A stretch of DNA of 62,344 nucleotides, counting the filler. It is 9 parts of 9 records of this genome, joined end to end, with 100 filler letters (N's around TTAATTAATTAA, not from the genome) between each part and the next. Parts side by side here need not be neighbours in the genome. Positions count along the whole stretch, not along the records: positions 23,307 to 28,593 come from SRR7504441_1274; positions 28,694 to 36,132 come from SRR7504441_1286; 7 more parts are not named here. One strand, given 5' to 3'. This document shows positions 23,390 through 33,153 of the stretch, in pieces. Position numbers and translations under genes: made by a program. A model generated the notes under the pieces. It searched no databases, was not told where the DNA came from, and saw only the letters and a program-made list of their open reading frames with translations. Each line of letters begins with the position of its first letter. Within the stretch, counting starts at the first letter, position 1.

Positions 23390-24247
23390 ATGGCCGTCAG
23401 GCCGCTTAGAAATGACAAAAAAGTTTTGTCCGAAACATGGCACACACAGTCGTCGGGGTGTGTGTCCGCTAGCACTTCTGCAGCAAGGCAGGCGCTCTGC
23501 GGGGCGATGGATCGGGTGTACACCAAAGCACGGCGGGCCCGGCCGCACCCCCCGCAGCCCAAGCCGGCCAGACCGAGCAAGCCCAAGCCCCCCGGCCGCG
23601 AGCGCAAATTGGAGCGATCGGCCGGGCCTGCTCGGCGATCCAAGTCCGCGGGGAGGGCTGAGAGCCGTCGGGCGGGCCAGCCGCTGCGGACGCGGCCTAA
23701 TGGGGCATCTGCGCGGTCCCGGAAGTCGGTGAAGCCACGGGCCGGCCAGGCCCAGCCAGCGGAGCCTCAGGCGAGCATGTGCCGGGGGCGGCGGGTGAGT
23801 CTGTGCGGGCAGTCTGTGGAGCAACGGTACGAGGCGATGCGCGGGATGCTCGGCTGGGTGGAGGGCGCAGTAGTCCAGCTGCCGCCGGTGCCCCCACCCG
23901 TGGTGCCCACCGAACGGGGGCAAACAGGCATCGCGAGAGCATGTTGGGCATTTGGTTGGCGCGATAGGCAGCAAGGTGCGCCCAGGGGGGAGGCGCGGCT
24001 AAGTCCCGGGCAGCTGGCGCGAATGCAGGAAGAGCATCTGGCCTTGCTAGAAAAGGCCCCGCCCCCAGCGGAGGCCGAGCCCAGCCAGGAAAAGGCGTGT
24101 CTGGATCAGGAGGGCGAGGGGAGTGAACGAATGGCAGCGACCAATCTGGCGCTGAAACAGTTGAATCAGCACTTGCAGCGACAGCTGGCCGAGCAGACTC
24201 GGCGGGTGCGGTTTCTGGAGCAGCTCTCGGCAAATGTGATTGACTAG
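23390..24247 (+). CDS. Hypothetical protein with C-terminal coiled coil
   Basis: 285-aa ORF ending NLALKQLNQHLQRQLAEQTRRVRFLEQL. It probably contains in-frame introns. Confidence 0.5.
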   Translation: MAVRPLRNDKKVLSETWHTQSSGCVSASTSAARQALCGAMDRVYTKARRARPHPPQPKPARPSKPKPPGRERKLERSAGPARRSKSAGRAESRRAGQPLRTRPNGASARSRKSVKPRAGQAQPAEPQASMCRGRRVSLCGQSVEQRYEAMRGMLGWVEGAVVQLPPVPPPVVPTERGQTGIARACWAFGWRDRQQGAPRGEARLSPGQLARMQEEHLALLEKAPPPAEAEPSQEKACLDQEGEGSERMAATNLALKQLNQHLQRQLAEQTRRVRFLEQLSANVID

Positions 24248-24487
24248 TGATTCGGAAGTGAAACCGAGAGGATAAAATTAATAATGTACCTATAGTAACC
24301 ACTCATTCGAGTAAATAATCACCTAGAGCTATATGTCAGTATCGTGTAATCAATCTCCTCAGAGAGCTATAAGGTACTCAAACTAAAACCATCTCTACAG
24401 TATATCATTGATATGTAGTGCTATGTGCATACTCGTACTCGTACAATTCATGTGTCAAATCATGTCAACTACGCATACGATTGAACA

Positions 24488-27400
24488 TCATGATAGGAGC
24501 CTGTGTAGTTTCGTGACCTCCTCCTCTAAGAATGTCGAATATTTTCCACTCGCAAATGATGAAGCCACACTCGAATTGTGGCTTGAGCAATATCCGCTGT
24601 ATTGCGCCTTCGGAGGATTATTCTTTGACGAAGACAACCACTGTGAAGTGTTACGCAGAATTTTGTCTTTCTTGATCCTGAAGTGCTCCCGGATTACCTC
24701 TTCGAAACCAGGTGTCGGGTTAGTGATCTGACCAATCATGGCATGTTTGACTGTTCCCCACCGAACGATGTTTGCATAGCCCTCATTCAGCGCGTTCCCT
24801 TCTGCTGTCCCTGCAAGTGTTTCAGCACCAGGTTCGTTGTAATATGGGTCCGCAGTCATCACTATTGCTGCAATTGACACGAAAAGCTGAGACAGCGACG
24901 ACGTCTCGGCATTCCAGCCCTCGCCTGCTGTTCCACGCCAGGTGCCAAGCAGTGACAGACACACTTTACCACAGGCGTACAGATTTGGACCAAAGCGGAA
25001 ACTCCCCTTCCCTGTCGTTTCGAGGTTGCAAGAGGGGTGGGTGCTCGGATAGTTCGGAGGCAGCACCGCGTGGAATTCGAAGCAGCCGTCCTCGTACGGG
25101 GTGCCCTCCGGGCCTATGATGAGCACTTTGAGCCAGTCCATTCGCTCCTCATGGGCAAGCACAAAGATCGACATGCCCTGGAACTCCACCGGCAGCGACG
25201 ACCCCAATGTGACGACCTCTGAGGCAACACGGTGCATCTTCTGCTGAGACATGCCCTCGCTCGGTCGTGGGTAATGATGGCCTTGGAATACATCGTCATC
25301 GCCTTCTCCGAGACGATAATCGCCTAGTGTGTCCTGGTATTCGACTGCGGCCTCCTGCCACTCTTCAGCAACCCCAGCCACCCGTACAGACGAGCGCTGA
25401 TCCGGATCCTCTGCTGGCGACCCACCAGGCTGTGCGTTAGTCGTGGAGTTCATCACAACAGTCGTCTCCGTGATCAATTCTGCCAACGCCAGTTCAGGGC
25501 CTCCCTGCAGCACAGGTGTATCATTCAATCACATAGCGCTTAGCATGGCCAGACCTTGCCCTTGCCACTGGTGGCCTTGATGTATAGCTGGGCTGCCTTG
25601 GTCATTGGCTGGATCAGATCAACCAGCGGTCGCTTCTGATGCGGCAGCGGTCCAACCAGGAAGGCGATCTCTGGGTGGCTGGCGATCTCCTTGAGCAGCG
25701 AGAGGATCACTTGGAACAACGATTCACGTTCCATCATGTCCATAATCGACTCGCTCCTCAACGTCTTCTCAAGAAACGGAATCAGACAACTCTCCTCGAG
25801 CAGCTGAGCCAATTCGTCTACACTGCATTTACCTGCATTTGGGTCGTTTTCACACGCCAGTATATCAAACACTTGGCCCTCCTCCTCTTCTTCCTTCTTA
25901 GCCACCTGGTAGCTGTAGTCAAACAGCTGCAGCTCAGTCAAAACTTTCTCAAGCACAATCTCCATCTCCGCATCGCGCTGTCTTTGAGCTGCTATGTACT
26001 CCTTAGCGTCAAATTGGGTTGCATTGGAATCGTGCCCATAGCCCACCCCTTTGGCTTGGTAATTTTTCGCCTCTGTCTTGTTCTTTGTGGCGCCAACCAT
26101 TGAGCCTGCGGGTCGGCCATCGCTCCCATCGAAGTCACCCTCCACCTCGTACTTGAGATTGGCCCGCGGTTGTGCGTCAGTCATCTGTGACAGCTCCAGT
26201 AAAAGATAGGCGAACTCAGAGTAGGCACCCTGCAGGTGAGCTCAGAGTAGGCATCCTGTCTAATTTAGGCCAGGCGCCTTTGGAAAGTAGATCTGATTGT
26301 TCATCGAATTCCTATAGTCCAGCCGCCCGTGCTCCTGCAGGAGCTTCTGCATCTGCTCTAGCACAAACTTTACGCCCTTTGTAGGGTTCCAACGCTCGAG
26401 CTGGAGCAGCTTGGCGCCCACAATCCGTCCCATCATGAAGCCAGTGAACCGCGGCCGGACCACCTGGACAGTGGGAGGCAAAAACGGGTACAGATCGGGC
26501 GTAAACCGAAAGATCATCTCAATGTAGGAGTATTTGAACCTACCATGCATATCAGGCGTGCACAAGGCTAGTCTGGTGGTGAGCGGTGCTGCTAGAGTGA
26601 ATGGACAAGGGTTGACCGTTTGTTGACTTCAATAAGGTCCTGCCTGATCTGCGAGCCTTCATCGAAGCCTTCAGGCGCAAACTTGACACTCCACTCATAA
26701 ATGTTATCTCGTATGGGCGCCACTTGGATGTGCGAGCTGGAGTACCTTAGATCTGCAACAGGAGAGTTAAGGCTACACCTTAACTCGCCACCTAAGAGAA
26801 GATTCACTAGTAGCTGGACTGCTGCATCAGGCGAGAAGTAAGTACCGACTTGGGCATGCTTGCTCTTGAACCGGCGGCGCTCCTCCATCTTGCGACGCTC
26901 ATCTTCGATTTCGGCCCGAAACCCCTTCTCCTTCTCTTTCCACACCTCCACTAACCGCTCATCTTCGGCAATCTTCTGCGCATGCAGATCTGGCTTAAAT
27001 GCAAATGGGTCCTCCGGCTCGGGCTCCCAGCTGTCATCGCTGCTCGAGACGTCCGCATCGTCGTCCTGGTGCACCGAGAGGGCTGCCGTGCTCAGCTCTA
27101 TCTGGGAACGACCTGGGCCGCACTCGATCACCAGGCTGGTCTCCGGTGTGAGGTCGAGTCGGACAAACCCAGCCAGCAGCTCCGGCCCGGCGGGTAGCAC
27201 CAGCTCCAGCTCGAGCTGCGGCTCAGCCAGGCGGACCTCCAGCTCGTCCGATACATGGACTGTCCGGCCATCGGCCAGAACCAGCTGGGCGGCCCCCCGG
27301 ACGATTAGACAACCGGTGTGCGCCGTGAATTGGAGACCGTCGGGAGAAATCGCGCAGTCCTCGGCCAGTACGCAGTCGTCCGTGGGCTCGTCGGGCTCCC

Positions 27401-27626
27401 AGCTGCTCCCTGCCGGCACGCGCACGCCTCTGGATGCCACCAGCGAGATCGCATCGGCCACCAGCTGCAGCTGGGCTTCCTCGGTCTCTATGTATTCAAG
27501 GTTCTCGGACGGGACACGCGGGTTCTCGAGCAGCAACTGGACCGGCCCCGCGGCCTGCTGCGTTGCCTGCAGCGCCGTGGTGCTCCCCACACAATCAGAG
27601 ATAGTGGACGATGAGCGGGACAGCAT
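24488..27626 (-). CDS. Large ubiquitin-conjugating enzyme with a UBE2Q-like UBC domain and a BIRC6-type UBC domain
   Basis: First domain: DNIYEWSVKF..YPFLPPTVQVVRPR..LERWNP. Second domain: GPEGTPYEDGCFEF..YP..RFGPNLYACGKVCLSLLGTW..PYYNEPG. Introns include 26753-26791, 26230-26277 (GC-AG), one near 26541-26616 and one near 25504-25553. Confidence 0.88.
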
Positions 27627-27674
27627 CACCGAGCTTCCGGTACAACCGTTGTACCGACGTTAACGGCCGTCCGG

Positions 27675-28562
27675 ATGCCACGGGTAGCTGCCCACTGGCA
27701 GCAACTACAACGCCTGGGGATCCAGCGACTGCGCAGACAGCGAAGCCAGAGCCACAGCGCCGGCGCAGAGATAGCAACCGAGTACGACGACGCCGGAGTT
27801 GCGGCAGGCTTCAGCGGGCTGGTGACAGCGTTGCAGGGCGTAGGTTTGTTCTGCAACCACGAACTGGCATCGCTCGAGTTTGGACTGCGAGCGCTCGACT
27901 TGGAGTCGCTGCGGGGGCTCCGGGTGCTGGACGCCGGGTGTGGCGACGGCAGGAACTGCCGACGGCTCTGCAGCGCCGGCGCCCAGTTGATTGGCTGCGA
28001 CTCGTCCGAAAGTATGGTCAAGATGGCCCGGCAGCGGCAGCTGGAGGAGCCTCATGATGCCGATTATCTGATGGCAGACGTGGCCAGCTCCGCAGGCGTG
28101 GTATGCGCACCGGTAGATTTGAGTCTGTCGGTCTACGTCATGCAGATGGCCAAAGATGTGGAGCAGCTAGCCCGCTTCTGTGGGTTCCTGCGGAGGCACA
28201 GCCCGCGATGCCTAGTCTTCTCGGTGAGTGGAGAGTACATTCCGGACGACCGTCAGAGTGAGTTGATGGGTAAGTATCTCGGGTTCCAGTCGCTGCGAGT
28301 AGCTGGGACCACGGATCAAATTCACGCAGTCTTTGGCAGCCAGACCGTGCTGAATTATCAGTATCCTGAGCACATTTACCTCGAGTGCCTTCAGAAAGCT
28401 GGGTTCGAAACGGCGGGCGCGTTCAGCTTTCACTGTTCGGAAGAGTATCGGCTCGCCGGGTTCGAAGATGTTGAGGAGAAGGAATTGTTGGACTTGTATA
28501 GTGCCAACCCACATGTCAAGTGCTTCTGGGGGCTTTCTTCAGTTAATAGTGACGTTAGTTAG
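27675..28562 (+). CDS. Class I SAM-dependent methyltransferase
   Basis: VLDAGCGDG motif I, IGCDSSESMVKMAR and YLMADV. Start uncertain. Confidence 0.85.
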   Translation: MPRVAAHWQQLQRLGIQRLRRQRSQSHSAGAEIATEYDDAGVAAGFSGLVTALQGVGLFCNHELASLEFGLRALDLESLRGLRVLDAGCGDGRNCRRLCSAGAQLIGCDSSESMVKMARQRQLEEPHDADYLMADVASSAGVVCAPVDLSLSVYVMQMAKDVEQLARFCGFLRRHSPRCLVFSVSGEYIPDDRQSELMGKYLGFQSLRVAGTTDQIHAVFGSQTVLNYQYPEHIYLECLQKAGFETAGAFSFHCSEEYRLAGFEDVEEKELLDLYSANPHVKCFWGLSSVNSDVS

Positions 28563-28593
28563 TACTCGTACGCACATGTCCGGCCTTACTAAA

Positions 28594-28693
28594 NNNNNNN
28601 NNNNNNNNNNNNNNNNNNNNNNNNNNNNNNNNNNNNNTTAATTAATTAANNNNNNNNNNNNNNNNNNNNNNNNNNNNNNNNNNNNNNNNNNNN
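28594..28693. other. Artificial contig linker
   Basis: N-run with TTAATTAATTAA. Confidence 0.98.
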
Positions 28694-28956
28694 CTGGAAC
28701 CGTCATATAAACTCATTTCCCTACTGATCGCTCTGACTCGAGAGCCTACCGTACATAGACTCTAGACTCTAGATCTAGAGCCGTCTTGGTCCGAACCCCG
28801 GGTCGGTGTGCCGCCACAGGCTGCAAGCATCGGTGCGAGGACGCGTCGAGGGACAGACTCGCGCGGGGGCCGAGCGCGCGGCCGACCAGCGGAAGCTGTC
28901 CGAGCGGCGGGGCACTAGGGCAGCAGGCCGCTCAGGCGCCTGCACGGGCCAGGAGC

Positions 28957-29786
28957 ATGGCGGCAGCGGCTGCGAAAGCCCGAGGTAATGAGTACTTCCG
29001 AAAGAACAAACTGGACGCTGCGATCGATGCCTATTCGGAGGCCATAGCGCTCGATCCCTCCTGTGCCATCTACTACAGTAACCGGGCATTCGCCAACTAC
29101 AGGAAAGACCCTGAGCAGAGGTCCGCCGCGATTGAGTCCGACTGCCGTAAGTGCCTGGAAATCGACCCACGCAGCGCCAAGGGCAACTACTACCTGGGCA
29201 AGGTGCTCAGTGCGCGCGGCCAGTACGAGGACGGGCTGCGGCACTTCCAGCGGGCCTATGACATCCAGCCGCCGTTCAAGGATGAGGTGCTCCGGGCGCT
29301 CTGGCAGTGCAAGAAGGAGCTTTACTTGGCTGACCCGCCGCCGGCCGACTCGATTGATTTCATGCACCGGTGCCTCGCTGCGAGCCGGGCGAGTCTCCCG
29401 GGCGCTTTGTGCTGAGTTGGCGGCAGGAAATGGACCTGCTGCAGTGCAGCACTCCGGCCGCACGCGAGCAGACGGTGCAGGAGTACGCAGCGCAGGAGCT
29501 CGAGCTGGACCGCCGGCTGCACGCGCAGGGGCCGACCGAAGTGCCGCACCATCTGTGCTGCCAGATCAGCTGGTCGCCGCTCGTGGATCCGGTGACTACA
29601 CCTGCTGGCATCTCGTACGAGCGCCGAGTGCTGCTTGACCACTTGGAGCGGGGGAATCTGTTTGAGCCAGTTACTCGAGAGCCTTTGGCCGCCCGAGATC
29701 TCTACCCGAACAAGATGCTGGCTGAAGCCGTCGATGCGTTCATGCAAGAGCATCCTGCGGTGTGTTGGGACTTGGCCGAGCGTTGA
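28957..29786 (+). CDS. STUB1: CHIP-type TPR + U-box E3 ubiquitin ligase
   Basis: Three TPRs starting KARGNEYF..AIDAYSEAI..YYSNRA, and U-box VPHHLCCQIS..DPVTTPAGISYER..PVTREPL..LYPN. One intron, 29389-29426 (GC-AG). Confidence 0.88.
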
Positions 29787-30033
29787 AGCGGCAGGACAGG
29801 TCTTCTTCGACGCCATTTGATGCTTGCAAGCACCTGCACACGTGCTTCAAACGCGTGGTGTCCCGGAACCGGGGGCCAGCCAGTCGTAGTCCGGCAGCTC
29901 GAGAGTGCGCCGAACATGCTGGAATGATTTAGCTTTAATCTTGCTAATTAAAGTCTTAATGATTACAATCATGTACGGTACTCGTGAGTACATGATTGTA
30001 TTAATGCGCGTCGACGTCGGTACTTGGTTCACT

Positions 30034-30888
30034 TCAAGCTTGCACCGCGTTGTCTAACTTGGGCATGATTGAGTTGAAGTGTACAGGAGAGATGTAGGCC
30101 AAGAAGAGCAGCTTCCTGGCCTGCTGATAGATCGGGTCCACCGCAGCATTCGCCCCAATCATCTTGCTGGTGGGGGTGTACACCAGATGCCACTTCTGCT
30201 CTGTCGAGCTCACAACATGCAGCTTCAGCCCGAAGCAATCCACCGCAGCCTTGAGCGTGAGCTCGTCGCCCCAGGACCGATCAGCGCTCATCCTGCCCAA
30301 ATATTGATCGATCGGCTCCTCCATGAACAGCGCGTACTCGGCGTGCTGCTGAGCCATGTGCTTGACCACCGCCGCCCGCACCTCAGGGTAGTACTCTTGC
30401 GTCCCGTACATTTGATGCGACAGCGCCCTGAACTGGCAGTTGCCGTCGTCCTTCATCACCACCTGCACCATCCGGTGATGCGCCAGCCGCTGCTCCAGTA
30501 GCCGGATCCCGGCCTGGATCTTCTCCTCCCGCGACATGCTCCGCTCCAATTGCGAGAACTGCCGCGCATTCTGAATGTTTTGTCGCAGTCTTTTCTCGTC
30601 GGGGCAGTAGCCAGGCTCGGCGGCCGCCTGCGCTTGGGCCTGCAGCCGGGATCGGGCTGTGGAGAGCCGTTTCTGCAGCTTGGTCATCACTAGAGCCATC
30701 GTGTCCATCGCGGGCGAGGCAGCCTCCAGCGCGCCTTCCATGGCCGCCCCCTCCTCTGGCGTGATCAACGTCCGCGGCACCGGCTTGGAGGAGCCCGGTC
30801 GCCCAGGGTCTGCCAGCGTGCCCTCGCTGACCGCCGAGTCGGGACTTTCGTAGCAACCAGCGAGCGGGCACTGAGCTATGTTGCCCAT
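30034..30888 (-). CDS. OTU-family deubiquitinase with predicted N-terminal acylation motif
   Basis: DDGNCQFRALS, WGDELTL and YISPVHFNSI. The N-terminus is MGNIAQC..GC. Confidence 0.92.
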   Translation of the reverse strand: MGNIAQCPLAGCYESPDSAVSEGTLADPGRPGSSKPVPRTLITPEEGAAMEGALEAASPAMDTMALVMTKLQKRLSTARSRLQAQAQAAAEPGYCPDEKRLRQNIQNARQFSQLERSMSREEKIQAGIRLLEQRLAHHRMVQVVMKDDGNCQFRALSHQMYGTQEYYPEVRAAVVKHMAQQHAEYALFMEEPIDQYLGRMSADRSWGDELTLKAAVDCFGLKLHVVSSTEQKWHLVYTPTSKMIGANAAVDPIYQQARKLLFLAYISPVHFNSIMPKLDNAVQA

Positions 30889-31166
30889 GCTCTCGAGCTC
30901 TTTGGCTAGCGCTCAGCGAGCCGGCACTGAGCTACGCTGCCCACAGGAGCAGGATGGGAGCTGAGTAGCGCGCGGGCCGTGACAGGTTCCCTCGGCACCC
31001 CGGCCCGAAGTCAACTGACAGACACTCCAAAAACAGCTGCAGGTGGCCGGTGGACACACCAGGGAGGGATCCCCGGAGCACCTGGTTGGCCCGCCGCAGG
31101 CGAACCGGGCGGGCGCGGGCAGGCAGCTGGAGCAGCCAGTGAGTGCGGGACTCACTCCGGCCAACC

Positions 31167-33035
31167 ATGCGTGACGGACTGGACTCGGCCGACCCGTTCG
31201 CCGAGGGTGCGGGGCTGCAGCTGGACGCCCCCACGGTGCCGGGCGCGATCACGGACGACCCGGGGCTGGGCCAGCCCCCCACGAGGGTCAGGCTCGCCAC
31301 TGAGCTCGCCAGTGATCCCGGTTCGAATGGGGCTGCGCTGGGAGGCCCCGGTGCAGCAGTGGGGTCACTGCCTCCGCCGCCGCTCCCGCAGATGGGCAGG
31401 ATGCAGGACCTGCTCGGCTCGTTGTGCAGCAAACGAAGTTTCTTTGCCAAGCCTCGCAACTGGTTTGATGCAGCTCTCTTCCTAGTAACTGCGGCAGCTC
31501 TGAGCACCGCCAGAGTGTATCGAGGAGTTGCAACTTGGGCATTCTTTCCCCTCGTACTCCGCTGCTTCCGCTTTTTTAGACCATTTCGATCCAGCGAGTT
31601 TGGTGAACTTCGAGTCATAGCTGATAACATCTTTGAATCGTTGCCCATGATGTCAAATGTATTGGTTCTCACGGCCATTTTCTACATCGGGTTTGCAGTG
31701 ATTGGTGTCTACTCCTTTGGAGGCTCACTTCAAGATTACTGTGTGACATCGGAAAACCTGCAGGCTTTTCCGATTATCCACTGCAGCCTCGAAAGTGAAT
31801 TTGCATGGGGTCGCGACTGTCCGAGTGGTATGAGTTGCCAAAGGACTGGTGTACGTCTTCCAGATGGACAAGATGCCTCTGGCGACCCGTATGGAGGCTA
31901 TCTCAGCTATAACAACCTCGGAACAGCGCTAACTGGGCTTGTGCGAAGCTCGTCCCTCATGCTCATGTGTCCGAATGAAATCGAGGACGAGAACTTGGAC
32001 GTGGACACTGAACTTGCAGAAGATCTGCGACATACCAAATGGAACAGACTGCAACCAAAGGTCAAATCTACAAATACAGCAAAGCGTAAGAGGGTACGCA
32101 ATGGATTTTCAACTTTGGTTCCGGAATTGACAGCCGCTGAGAGTCTTGCAGCCGGATTCATCAAGCTAGAACATGTTCATGATTTCTTACAGAGTCTCGG
32201 CCCACCTCTGTCGCAAACACACGAGTCTAAAGATTTGTCACATCAGTCCTACAAACTGGTATATGCTGAACTGGAGGAGATGTGCATAAGTTTTCAGGGC
32301 CACCTGAATTTCTGGCATGTCCTCGAAGTTCTCATTGTGAACCGCCTGGGATTTGATGCACTTCCACAGACTAAAGAGACTCCTGACAGAGAGACGTACT
32401 TAGCAAGGATCTATCGAGTGATTCATCGTCAGCTTGCAGCTGAAAAGATTCAATCGGCACTCATTGGCCGAAGAATTCGCCAAAATCTCAAAGCAGTGCT
32501 GGCTCAGTCTCTAGATCGCCAGCCCACGCGAGCTGAGATTGCTGTGGTGAAAAATATTAGGCTTCTGATGGCCGATAAGGCTCGCGCTTCTTTCATCAAA
32601 TCTCAAAAGCGCCCTAGCAAGCGAGACAGCTGCGACCACAGATATCGACGATACAGTAGTGATAGTAGCTCTCTTCAGACAGTGTGGCGCTCCGGCATAG
32701 AATCGTGCATCAAGAGGAGTAATACAGTGCGAGTTGCTGATGGCAATGAGCATCTGCTGACTACCTTGGGGCCTACTATCTGTGTGAGCCATCCGATTGT
32801 GCTAATGAAAGCTTACACTCTGACGACGGAGATACATGCATTCGACGTGAACAAGCTGCAAATGTGTTTAGAGCGGATTTTGGATGCCACAAAGCACAAC
32901 AGCACATTGAAGCACGATCTAGCTGAATTGATTATCCGATTGCTCCATTCGCAAGGCTTGGATGAGCCTCACATACTTGACATTCGGGCGATTCTTACCA
33001 AAGTTTGTACTCAGATTGTCCAGTATCGTGGTTAG
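31167..33035 (+). CDS. Internally truncated CaV/NaV-like channel protein (S3-S5 and part of pore loop, then EF/IQ-like tail)
   Basis: S3 RNWFDAALFLV, S4 LRCFRFFRPFR, S5 FYIGFAVIGVYSFGGSL and pore-loop start SYNNLGTAL. The tail has GFIKLEHVHDFLQSLGPPL and IQ-like AAEKIQSALIGRRIR. Confidence 0.7.
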   Translation: MRDGLDSADPFAEGAGLQLDAPTVPGAITDDPGLGQPPTRVRLATELASDPGSNGAALGGPGAAVGSLPPPPLPQMGRMQDLLGSLCSKRSFFAKPRNWFDAALFLVTAAALSTARVYRGVATWAFFPLVLRCFRFFRPFRSSEFGELRVIADNIFESLPMMSNVLVLTAIFYIGFAVIGVYSFGGSLQDYCVTSENLQAFPIIHCSLESEFAWGRDCPSGMSCQRTGVRLPDGQDASGDPYGGYLSYNNLGTALTGLVRSSSLMLMCPNEIEDENLDVDTELAEDLRHTKWNRLQPKVKSTNTAKRKRVRNGFSTLVPELTAAESLAAGFIKLEHVHDFLQSLGPPLSQTHESKDLSHQSYKLVYAELEEMCISFQGHLNFWHVLEVLIVNRLGFDALPQTKETPDRETYLARIYRVIHRQLAAEKIQSALIGRRIRQNLKAVLAQSLDRQPTRAEIAVVKNIRLLMADKARASFIKSQKRPSKRDSCDHRYRRYSSDSSSLQTVWRSGIESCIKRSNTVRVADGNEHLLTTLGPTICVSHPIVLMKAYTLTTEIHAFDVNKLQMCLERILDATKHNSTLKHDLAELIIRLLHSQGLDEPHILDIRAILTKVCTQIVQYRG

Positions 33036-33153
33036 TGTTAAATAAAGTTGGTATACAGTACTAATGATATACTAATGATACTAGGTACTTCATCGTGATT
33101 ATCATCGTGATGGTTTATAATTAGTACGTACATGAACATGAACATTAGTTAGA

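Noticed and set aside
24488-30888. Ubiquitin gene cluster (E2, CHIP, OTU)
   Set aside because: The E2 is separated from the other two by an artificial linker, and two adjacent ubiquitin genes are unremarkable.
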